The notes under the pieces: generated by a model
The model's input: the letters and a program-made list of their open reading frames with translations, nothing else
Told to the model about the DNA's origin: nothing
Databases searched by the model: none
IMG/VR virus record: IMGVR_UViG_3300045391_003787
Span: 1-40,131 of that record
DNA length: 40,131 nucleotides
Source of the DNA: a virus
Strand: one strand, 5' to 3'
Part shown: one piece after another, positions 9,951 through 16,828 of the stretch
Layout: each line of letters starts with the position of its first letter
Position numbering within the stretch: position 1 is the stretch's first letter
Made by a program: the position numbers and the translations under genes

Positions 9951-10622
9951 ATGGATGGAATCCTGTATTACTCCGACAATACTTTTGAGGGGCCAATCTT
10001 CCAAGAGGTTCAAGACATCTTGAGTGGTACAGGATTACCGATCGTTAGCGTGACACTAAAGCCCCTGAAGTTTGGACAGAATATCGTGATGGATTTGCCT
10101 CGTTGTTATCCGACGATGGTTAAACAAATTATTGCTGGTTTGGAAAGTTTGCGAGTGCAGAATGTATTTTTTACTGAGCATGATGTTTTGTACAGCCCGT
10201 CTCATTTCTCGTTTGTTCCTCCTCGTCACGATATCTTTTATTACGATACTAATGTTTGGCGGTGGGATTATCCCAAAGAGAGGTACTTCACCTATGACCG
10301 CCTGCTTTGCTTGTCGATGATGTGTTGTGATAGAAAATTAGCTCTGGAGCATTACAAGAAGCGGTTGGAGATAATTCAAGATAATGGCTGGGATTTTCCT
10401 ACCAAAGGAGAACCAGCTTGGCAACGACGAATGGGCTATGAACCTGGTACTAAAAAGAAAAAGCGAGGGGGATTTACAGATGACGACTTTGAGACTTGGG
10501 CAGCCCCGCACCCTAGTATAGATGTTCGACACAAAGGGACTTTTTCTCCACCTAAAGTTAATTTACAAGATTTTAAATGGGAACCTACCGGCTGGCAGGA
10601 AACCACTATTAAACCTATATGA
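9951..10622 (+). CDS. Putative glycosyltransferase-like protein, paralog family B, copy 3
   Basis: Motifs GLPIVSVTLKPLKFGQNIV and FFTEHDVLYSPSHF align with copies 1 and 2. Confidence 0.45.
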   Translation: MDGILYYSDNTFEGPIFQEVQDILSGTGLPIVSVTLKPLKFGQNIVMDLPRCYPTMVKQIIAGLESLRVQNVFFTEHDVLYSPSHFSFVPPRHDIFYYDTNVWRWDYPKERYFTYDRLLCLSMMCCDRKLALEHYKKRLEIIQDNGWDFPTKGEPAWQRRMGYEPGTKKKKRGGFTDDDFETWAAPHPSIDVRHKGTFSPPKVNLQDFKWEPTGWQETTIKPI

Positions 10623-11605
10623 GAGATATATCAATCGTTATTCCGGCCAGGAACGAGGAGTTCTTAGCCAGAACTATTCAAGACATCTTAGAACACATTG
10701 AAGCCGATACCGAGATCATCGCTGTGTTAGATGGTCAATGGGCAGCCCCACCTATTGTTCAGCATGAACGAGTTAATGTTATCTATGTTCCAGAAGCTGT
10801 CGGACAAAGGGCCGCTGGGAATATTGGAGCTCGATTGGCGCAAGGAAAGTATATCTGGAAGTCTGACGCTCATTGTTCTTTTGATCAAGGGTTTGACCGT
10901 AAGATGTTAGAGTTCTTTAAAGAGGTGGGTGACGACGTAACAGCCGTGCCGATAATGAAGAACCTCCATGTCTTTGATTGGAAATGTTATTCCTGCGGTC
11001 ATAAAGAATATCAAGACAAGTATCCTCAAGCGGAAGACAATGCTTGTAAAAGTTGTGGGGCAAAGAACGTCAAAAAGAAGATGATTTGGCAACCCAAAAA
11101 AGGTACTCATGCTAGAGCTTACTGCTTTGATGCCTCTCCTAAATTTGGCTACTTCGAGCCATGGGAACACACTCCTGAGTACAAGAAAGACTTAGCAGAG
11201 AAAGGGTATACCGAATCCATGAGTTTACAGGGTAGTTGCTTTGTCTTAACTAAAGAAAAGTACTTCTCTCTACCAATTTGTGATGAAACGCTAGGTAATT
11301 GGGGAAACCAGGGAATCGAAGTTGCCTGTAAAACCTGGCTGTCTGGTGGACGTGTCTTAGTAAACCATAAGACCTGGTACGCTCATTGTTTTAGAACTAA
11401 ATCTGAGTTTGGTTTTCCCTGGCCGGTGTCCGGACGGGATCAAGAGAAAACCAAGAAGAACGTCAGGGATCTTTTGTGGGAAGGAAAGTTCGATAAAGCT
11501 GTCCGTCCAGTGAGTTGGTTGGTAGAAAAGTTCTGGCCAGTGCCAGGTTGGACCGAAGCAGACCTAAAACAGCTCAAAGAACACGAAGCAAATCTTCGTA
11601 AATAG
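10619..11605 (+). CDS. GT-A fold glycosyltransferase with DxH motif (GT2/GT27-like, polypeptide GalNAc-transferase-like) carrying an inserted Cys4 zinc ribbon
   Basis: SIVIPARNEE...EIIAVLDG; KSDAHCSF (DAH at 10865..10873); GNWGNQGIEVACKTWLSGGRVLVNHKTWYAHCFR, resembling WGGENxExSFRxWxCGG...GHxFR; inserted CYSC..(18 aa)..CKSC at 10985..11056. Confidence 0.7.
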   Translation: MRDISIVIPARNEEFLARTIQDILEHIEADTEIIAVLDGQWAAPPIVQHERVNVIYVPEAVGQRAAGNIGARLAQGKYIWKSDAHCSFDQGFDRKMLEFFKEVGDDVTAVPIMKNLHVFDWKCYSCGHKEYQDKYPQAEDNACKSCGAKNVKKKMIWQPKKGTHARAYCFDASPKFGYFEPWEHTPEYKKDLAEKGYTESMSLQGSCFVLTKEKYFSLPICDETLGNWGNQGIEVACKTWLSGGRVLVNHKTWYAHCFRTKSEFGFPWPVSGRDQEKTKKNVRDLLWEGKFDKAVRPVSWLVEKFWPVPGWTEADLKQLKEHEANLRK

Positions 11606-11624
11606 CCCGTAAAATGCTGAAAAA

Positions 11625-11633
11625 TGGTATAAT
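11625..11633 (+). promoter_or_regulatory. Extended -10 promoter element TGGTATAAT
   Basis: Exact copy of the motif in the 59-nt gap upstream of the 957-aa repeat protein gene. Confidence 0.45.
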
Positions 11634-11664
11634 AAAGGGATTGTGACTAATCCTAATCTTTTAA

Positions 11665-14538
11665 ATGGCTAGAATACACCAATCAGGAGCTGAACATAAC
11701 TCAGTTGTTGATGGAATTGACGACATAATTAGTGCTGGTGCAACCATTGTCACGACCCCTGTCTTGGGTAGTCGTTATGCTTGGAAATTAACTAGTGCGT
11801 CAGGAGCTTCATCAGTAGCATCTTACGCTCGTTTCGGTCACGCCAATTCAACCGGAGCAGCGGTTTATTATAAATGGGATTTTCAAGTAGATACTACTGG
11901 AGCGTTCTGGTTGTGTCAGTTTGCTTTTGGAACAACAAAGCGTGGTGGAATTAGATTTACAGGGGGAAAGTTACAATTAGCAACAGATATTACAACGGGC
12001 GTTGGGGCAACTTCGGTATCTGTTACCACTGGAGTTTGGCACACCTGTCAGGCTAAGTATGATGCGGCAACGGGAAATGCAGAATTTTATTTAGATGGGG
12101 TTCTGGTTGATACCGGACAAAACGTAACCACCGCCGGAAATAATGTAGACAATCTTTATATTGGTCAGTTTCAGCCAGTCAATAGCAATATGTACGTTGA
12201 TAATATTATTGTCAACGATACTACTGGTGCTAATGAGACTGGGTATCCGGCAAGGGGTGAGAGATTTGTAATTCTCTACCCCAATGCCGTAATGACCGAA
12301 GCGGCTACCGTGGGTGGTGCGCCTGGAGATGTTTATTTTAGAACCTCGGCAGGTGGTGCAGGGTCCGGTACAACATCTAACTGGAATCAAGTTGAGGAAA
12401 CCGATCCTGATGGTGATACTTCTTACGTTAGGAAAAACGCTAGTGAATCTAACCGTGATTGGTATCCGGTAGAAGATATTGCCACAGTTGGGTTTCCAGC
12501 AACGACAGATGAGGTGAATGTTGTAGCGGTTGGTGGTTATGTTGGAGGGAACGGAACCACCGATAGGTTCTTTAGGTATTTATACGAAACAGCAGCCGGA
12601 GCAACCGGGCTTCAGCGGTCCGCCAGCGTCAACGCCAACGTCAACGCTTATTTCCTATATAAAATTGGCGGTGTTGCTGGTGCTGACCAACAGTTACTTT
12701 CTTATCCTTCGGGTTCCGTTGGATCAGACCTAGATACCTATCAAATTGGTTGGGAAGCTAACGACGCTAACGCCCGTCAAATAAAGGGCTCAGCTTTTTG
12801 GCTGGAAGTTTCTTATATCGCTTCGGGTGTTTCTACTTCCCCTTCAGTCTCACCATCAATCTCTAAATCACCGTCCGTCTCTCCGTCCGTATCCGTCTCC
12901 CCCTCGGTTTCGGTCAGCCCTAGTATTTCTAAATCCCCTTCGGTTTCGCCGTCGGTATCACCATCGGTATCAGTCTCTCCAAGTATCTCCGTCTCTCCAA
13001 GTGTTTCAAAATCACCGTCAATTTCACCTTCCGTAAGTCCGAGTGTCTCCGTGTCCCCCAGCGTAAGTGTTAGTCCCTCGGTTTCTAAATCCCCTTCCAT
13101 CAGTCCGAGCGTTAGCCCCTCGGTATCAGTCTCCCCCTCAGTATCAGTTAGCCCAAGCTCTAGTTTATCTCCCAGCGAATCTCCTTCCGTTTCGCCCTCG
13201 GTTTCCACCTCCCCGTCCGTTAGTGTCTCACCTAGTGGTTCTCTATCACCTAGTATCTCACCAAGCGTTAGTCCCTCAGCTTCGACAAGTCCTTCGATTA
13301 GCGTCTCGCCGTCGTCGTCTTTATCTCCCTCGATCAGTCCTTCCATCTCACCTAGTTCGTCAGAAAGTCCCTCCATCAGTCCAAGTTCTTCGATCAGCCC
13401 GTCGGTGTCCCCATCGGTATCGGTGTCTCCATCAATCAGTGTTTCACCCTCGGTTTCTGTATCTCCCAGTTCTTCTCTATCACCCTCCCTTTCTCCGAGC
13501 GTTAGCCCCTCCGTCAGTGTTTCTCCTTCTGTTTCAACCTCTCCTTCGGTTTCTACTTCCCCATCTGTTTCTGTTTCACCTTCAAGTTCAATATCGCCTA
13601 GCGTATCGCCATCTAGTAGTGCGTCTCCATCTGTTAGCCCTTCGGTTAGTACCTCGCCTAGCGTTTCCACAAGTCCTTCGATTAGTGTTAGCCCTAGCAG
13701 TTCTGAGTCACCCAGTGTCTCACCGTCTTCATCTTTATCACCGTCTGTCTCTCCGAGTGTTTCTACCAGCCCTTCAATCTCTGTATCCCCAAGTTCGTCA
13801 GAGTCTCCTTCCGTTTCGCCTTCCAGTAGTGTCTCTCCTTCCGTAAGTCCAAGCGTAAGTACTTCACCTTCCGTCTCAGTTTCTCCTAGTGTTTCAACCT
13901 CGCCTAGTAGTTCATTAAGCCCCAGCATTAGCCCCTCTGTAAGTCCCAGCTCTAGTGAATCACCATCAGTCAGTCCCTCCTCATCAACTTCGCCCAGTGT
14001 CAGCCCCAGTGTCTCCACTTCCCCATCAGTTAGTACTTCCCCATCAGTAAGTGTCTCACCGTCGTCTTCTATTAGTCCCAGTGTCAGCCCGTCGGTTTCC
14101 ACTTCACCCTCACTTAGCCCTAGTGTCAGCACTAGTCCCTCAGTCTCGGTGTCGCCGAGTAGTTCACTTAGTCCATCTACGTCGCCATCGGTCTCAGTAA
14201 GTCCATCAACATCGCCGAGCGTTTCCGTTTCACCCAGCGTCAGCGAATCCCCCTCCATCAGTCCATCTATTAGTGCTAGTCCCAGTACCTCCCCCTCGGT
14301 ATCAGTATCACCTTCGGAATCCCCAAGTCTCAGTCCCTCAGTCTCTCCGAGTATCTCTTTTAGTCCTTCAATATCCCCATCGCCCTCTGCTCCAGCCTTT
14401 ACAGCTACTTTATATGAATGGAACGGCACTATTTGGATAAAGAAAGTTATGAAGTATTACAATGGGTCAGTTTGGATTAATAAGCCCCTTTACTATTGGG
14501 ACGGGTCAGCGTGGGTTGCTGTAGATAATTTAGGCTAA
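11665..14538 (+). CDS. Large virion surface or fibre protein: N-terminal LamG/concanavalin-like domain, (Ser-X)n tract of about 520 aa, and short aromatic C-terminal repeats
   Basis: 957-aa ORF. The N-terminal roughly 385 aa has a LamG-like pattern (WHTCQAKYD..GNAEFYLDGVLV...NLYIGQF...MYVDNIIVND). Residues about 389-908 have Ser at every second position. The C-terminus has three Y-x-(W/Y)-(N/D)-G-(S/T)-x-W units. Confidence 0.8.
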   Translation: MARIHQSGAEHNSVVDGIDDIISAGATIVTTPVLGSRYAWKLTSASGASSVASYARFGHANSTGAAVYYKWDFQVDTTGAFWLCQFAFGTTKRGGIRFTGGKLQLATDITTGVGATSVSVTTGVWHTCQAKYDAATGNAEFYLDGVLVDTGQNVTTAGNNVDNLYIGQFQPVNSNMYVDNIIVNDTTGANETGYPARGERFVILYPNAVMTEAATVGGAPGDVYFRTSAGGAGSGTTSNWNQVEETDPDGDTSYVRKNASESNRDWYPVEDIATVGFPATTDEVNVVAVGGYVGGNGTTDRFFRYLYETAAGATGLQRSASVNANVNAYFLYKIGGVAGADQQLLSYPSGSVGSDLDTYQIGWEANDANARQIKGSAFWLEVSYIASGVSTSPSVSPSISKSPSVSPSVSVSPSVSVSPSISKSPSVSPSVSPSVSVSPSISVSPSVSKSPSISPSVSPSVSVSPSVSVSPSVSKSPSISPSVSPSVSVSPSVSVSPSSSLSPSESPSVSPSVSTSPSVSVSPSGSLSPSISPSVSPSASTSPSISVSPSSSLSPSISPSISPSSSESPSISPSSSISPSVSPSVSVSPSISVSPSVSVSPSSSLSPSLSPSVSPSVSVSPSVSTSPSVSTSPSVSVSPSSSISPSVSPSSSASPSVSPSVSTSPSVSTSPSISVSPSSSESPSVSPSSSLSPSVSPSVSTSPSISVSPSSSESPSVSPSSSVSPSVSPSVSTSPSVSVSPSVSTSPSSSLSPSISPSVSPSSSESPSVSPSSSTSPSVSPSVSTSPSVSTSPSVSVSPSSSISPSVSPSVSTSPSLSPSVSTSPSVSVSPSSSLSPSTSPSVSVSPSTSPSVSVSPSVSESPSISPSISASPSTSPSVSVSPSESPSLSPSVSPSISFSPSISPSPSAPAFTATLYEWNGTIWIKKVMKYYNGSVWINKPLYYWDGSAWVAVDNLG
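12831..14388 (+). repeat. Coding tract for strictly alternating Ser-X repeats (SPSVSPSVSVSPS...)
   Basis: Read directly from the translation. The DNA copies are degenerate, with all six Ser codons and all four Pro codons used within the first 100 nt. Confidence 0.95.
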
Positions 14539-14541
14539 AGA

Positions 14542-14550
14542 TGGTATAAT
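14542..14550 (+). promoter_or_regulatory. Extended -10 promoter element TGGTATAAT ahead of the lysis cassette
   Basis: Exact copy of the motif, 4 nt after the stop of the 957-aa gene. Confidence 0.45.
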
Positions 14551-14553
14551 TAT

Positions 14554-14730
14554 ATGCATAGAACTAAAGCAGAAAGAATGGCTCATAATCGGCATGTTGT
14601 GCAATTAGGCTGGCTGGTTTACTACCGGAACAAGTTTATCTGTAATTTTTTTTATTTCTTATCAGGAGTTATAAGCCTCTATATCGGGAACCGAATAGCG
14701 GTTTTTTTCTTGACTGTATATGGCCGGTGA
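14554..14730 (+). CDS. Possible small membrane protein (58 aa)
   Basis: Hand-translated ORF MHRTKAERMAHNRH..FICNFFYFLSGVISLYIGNRIAVFFLTVYGR with a hydrophobic C-terminal half. Its ATG lies only 3 nt after the putative -10, so either the ORF or the promoter call may be wrong. Confidence 0.3.
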   Translation: MHRTKAERMAHNRHVVQLGWLVYYRNKFICNFFYFLSGVISLYIGNRIAVFFLTVYGR

Positions 14731-15001
14731 CATCTCAGGGCAAGACATATTTAATGTCATAAATGCCACTCGTTTAGAGTTGAATAATAACCTTACGAGT
14801 GCAGAAAAGGGCTTGACTTTAGCCGTTGAAAATCTAGGTAATAAGCTAGATAAACTACAAGAGGGTCGTTTGGCCGATGTAGAGAAGATGGCCTACGACA
14901 CTCATATAAGGTTCCAGCCGGTGGAAAGAATCGTTTATGGGCTGGTTGCTTTGGTTTTAGTAGCTGTATTTGGCGCAATACTTACCTTAGTGGTCAAATG
15001 A
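14720..15001 (+). CDS. Tail-anchored membrane protein, lysis-cassette component (holin- or spanin-like)
   Basis: 93 aa with a single C-terminal TM segment (IVYGLVALVLVAVFGAILTLVV), lying just upstream of the endolysin. Confidence 0.55.
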   Translation: MAGDISGQDIFNVINATRLELNNNLTSAEKGLTLAVENLGNKLDKLQEGRLADVEKMAYDTHIRFQPVERIVYGLVALVLVAVFGAILTLVVK

Positions 15002-15093
15002 AATTTCTCTCCTTTATATTTGGTATGTTACTGGGATCAGCCCTTTTTCTAATCTCTTTATTAATTTGGAGTAGAATTATATGGGGCTTTTAG
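14998..15093 (+). CDS. Small hydrophobic peptide (31 aa), lysis-cassette component
   Basis: ATGA overlap with the upstream stop. The translation is MKFLSFIFGMLLGSALFLISLLIWSRIIWGF. It overlaps the endolysin start by 13 nt. Confidence 0.4.
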   Translation: MKFLSFIFGMLLGSALFLISLLIWSRIIWGF

Positions 15094-15848
15094 ATTTTCC
15101 AATAAAGGATACTTACTCGATCAGCCAGGGGTTTGGAGAGAACTTAGTAAACTACCAGGCCCTCGGCATGAAGGGTCATAATGGGTTGGATATTGCCTGT
15201 GCGACGGGCTCGGGTCTTTATGCTTGCCAAGATGGAGAGGTCATTGGTGTTAATACGGGGCAGGCTTTGAATGATAAGACTGGCTACGGAAATTATATTC
15301 GCCAACTTACTACCATTGATCCGACTGACACTAATGTTCCTAATGCTGCCTACTACGACATTATTTATGGGCACCTCTTAACGGTGTATGTAAGACCGGG
15401 CGACAAGATTATTAAGGGGCAACTAATTGGTTTAACTGATAACACTGGAAATTCCACTGGTCCCCATTGTCATTGGGGTGTTCGTTACATGGATAACAAT
15501 AAGACTGTCCTTGATTACAACAATGGTTACTTTGGTTATGTAGACGTGAAACCCTTAATAAATCCAACGACCTTGGCTATTGTTTATCCCGTTGATAATC
15601 GCTACGGGCAAGCTCAAGACAAACTTCTGGAAGGATTTTGGGCTCTTAAAAATGAGGCTTATGCTAAACGTAAGTGTGCCGAGAACGCCGTGCCCTATAC
15701 TGATCGAATCAAGAAGGCTTTTGTATACGGGAAATGGGATAGCTTCACCAATTTAGATAAGAAGCAGTATGGGGTTTTTGATGTGGCTATGTACGAGACT
15801 TGGCTGCACCTCACTAAACCGGAATTCCTTAAGAAATTAGGGAGATGA
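15081..15848 (+). CDS. Peptidase M23 (LytM-type) endolysin
   Basis: Canonical M23 motifs HNGLD (HxxxD) and GPHCHWG (HxH), with the intervening GYGNYI block. Confidence 0.85.
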   Translation: MGLLDFPIKDTYSISQGFGENLVNYQALGMKGHNGLDIACATGSGLYACQDGEVIGVNTGQALNDKTGYGNYIRQLTTIDPTDTNVPNAAYYDIIYGHLLTVYVRPGDKIIKGQLIGLTDNTGNSTGPHCHWGVRYMDNNKTVLDYNNGYFGYVDVKPLINPTTLAIVYPVDNRYGQAQDKLLEGFWALKNEAYAKRKCAENAVPYTDRIKKAFVYGKWDSFTNLDKKQYGVFDVAMYETWLHLTKPEFLKKLGR

Positions 15849-15994
15849 CTCTCGTCAGGTGCCAGTTTTGTTTAAAGATTATTCAACGGTCCAAGCCGCC
15901 AGTGGGAATTGTGCGGTGCTTTTCTTGCAAGATGGCTGCTAATCGCAAACGGGCCTTGGATTTTATTAAACGGAAAAAGGAGGTGATTAAGTGA
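15845..15994 (+). CDS. Small Cys4 zinc-ribbon protein (49 aa)
   Basis: ATGA overlap with the endolysin stop. The translation is MTLVRCQFC...VRCFSC followed by a basic tail. Its stop overlaps the GTG start of the next gene. Confidence 0.5.
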   Translation: MTLVRCQFCLKIIQRSKPPVGIVRCFSCKMAANRKRALDFIKRKKEVIK

Positions 15995-16176
15995 ATACGG
16001 ATTTTTTGAAATCAAATAGATTCTGGGCTCTAGTTATTCTGGTCCTGGGTGGTTATCTTCAGGCTCAGGGTTTAATAGCGAGCGATTTTGGCTTGGCAAT
16101 TCAGACTTTGGCTCTCGGATTTGTGACCGTTGGGACAGTCGATAAATTTGCTAAGAGTTTAAGCGGTAAAAAGTAG
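15991..16176 (+). CDS. Small two-TM membrane protein, holin-like
   Basis: GTG start preceded by AAAGGAGGTGA. 61 aa with two hydrophobic segments and a basic C-terminus (SGKK). It is the last gene of the plus-strand module. Confidence 0.55.
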   Translation: MNTDFLKSNRFWALVILVLGGYLQAQGLIASDFGLAIQTLALGFVTVGTVDKFAKSLSGKK

Positions 16177-16302
16177 TACGCTAAGATAAACGACTTTAGT
16201 CTTCCCGGCGTACCGAGATTGGCAATTGGTTTGAGCAGTAAGGCCAATAACATCTGTTAGCTTTAGCTGCGACCAAAACAGAGGTCAGCGAGACACAAAA
16301 AT

Positions 16303-16323
16303 AGCCCTTTTAGGGCTTTTTTG
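16303..16323. terminator. Possible bidirectional rho-independent terminator
   Basis: Stem AGCCC (16303-07) / GGGCT (16313-17), with an A-run upstream and a T-run downstream. It lies at the convergence of the plus and minus modules. Confidence 0.5.
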
Positions 16324-16334
16324 TTTACATGGCA

Positions 16335-16363
16335 AGCCGACCTTTTCAGGGGTCGGCTTTTTT
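16335..16363 (+). terminator. Rho-independent terminator
   Basis: 8-bp stem AGCCGACC / GGTCGGCT with an 8-nt loop, followed by TTTTTT. Confidence 0.75.
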
Positions 16364-16440
16364 GCCTATTGGCTGCAAGCGACAGCTTGCTGTTCGTCCG
16401 AAGACGATTTTACTTACTCGGTGACTGCTAGGTGTGGCTC

Positions 16441-16626
16441 CTAAGCAGTCTTTTTTTCCTTCAGGCCCACAAGGTCGACTAGATTTACTTCAGCACGGAA
16501 GTAATCTTCTTCGTCCGGAGAAACGGTCTTCAGGACTTGTCCGTGACCGTTTTGACACGTCCACCAGCCGGTTTTCGTGTCGTAGAAGGCCGGACAAGGG
16601 CAACTACAACAAGTTACCTTGGCCAT
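16441..16626 (-). CDS. Small Cys-rich protein (61 aa), last gene of the island
   Basis: MAKVTCCSCPCPAFYDTKTGWWTCQNGHG... starts at an internal Met of the 112-aa track ORF. It overlaps the HNH gene end by 23 nt. Confidence 0.4.
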   Translation of the reverse strand: MAKVTCCSCPCPAFYDTKTGWWTCQNGHGQVLKTVSPDEEDYFRAEVNLVDLVGLKEKKTA

Positions 16627-16828
16627 GACTGCCTCCGATCCGCTCCTCGAGGCGTTCCAGCACTTCAATCGCTTCCTTGACCGTTCGGTTCCCGAACAGT
16701 GTGTGGAAAGCGACATGGTGCTTGGCCGAGAGATGGATGATGTTGTTGGGGAGGAAAGAGCCTCCTCTGCTCTTGGCAAGATTGTGATGCCGGGTCAGTT
16801 TCTTGCTTCGCCTGGATCGTTTGCCCAT
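16604..16828 (-). CDS. Small HNH-family nuclease-like protein
   Basis: Motif RHHNLAKSRGGSFLPNNIIHLSAKHHVAFHTLFGN (HH..SRGG...N....HH..H). I place the start at MGKRSRR because it forms a TGATG overlap with the upstream stop. Confidence 0.6.
   Translation of the reverse strand: MGKRSRRSKKLTRHHNLAKSRGGSFLPNNIIHLSAKHHVAFHTLFGNRTVKEAIEVLERLEERIGGSHGQGNLL

Noticed and set aside
13067-13846. Alternate sense-frame ORFs within the repeat tracts (also 12827..13036, 35294..35581, 35720..36013, 36218..36760, 36848..37063, 32717..32932 and 32591..32878)
   Set aside because: They are low-complexity R/L/P/H-rich translations that exist only because the repeats lack stops in several frames. There is no independent support for them.
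12831-14388. Regularly spaced short repeats that could superficially resemble a CRISPR array or a non-coding satellite
   Set aside because: There is no repeat-spacer organisation. The period is 2 codons with 78-bp super-units, and the tract lies inside a long ORF in phase with flanking domains.
12813-14429. 538-aa antisense ORF (GETETEGDTD...) opposite the Ser-X tract of the 957-aa gene
   Set aside because: It is a shadow of the repeat. Reverse complements of TCN/AGY/CCN/GTN codons give G/E/D/T/L codons with no stops. It has no non-repeat flanking domains, no start context, and lies against the direction of the operon.
16177-16440. Non-coding stretch checked for a tRNA gene or attP-like site
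   Set aside because: I could find no cloverleaf or T-loop (GTTCGAATC-like) signature, and no integrase anywhere in the genome. The hairpins are adequately explained as terminators at a convergent junction.
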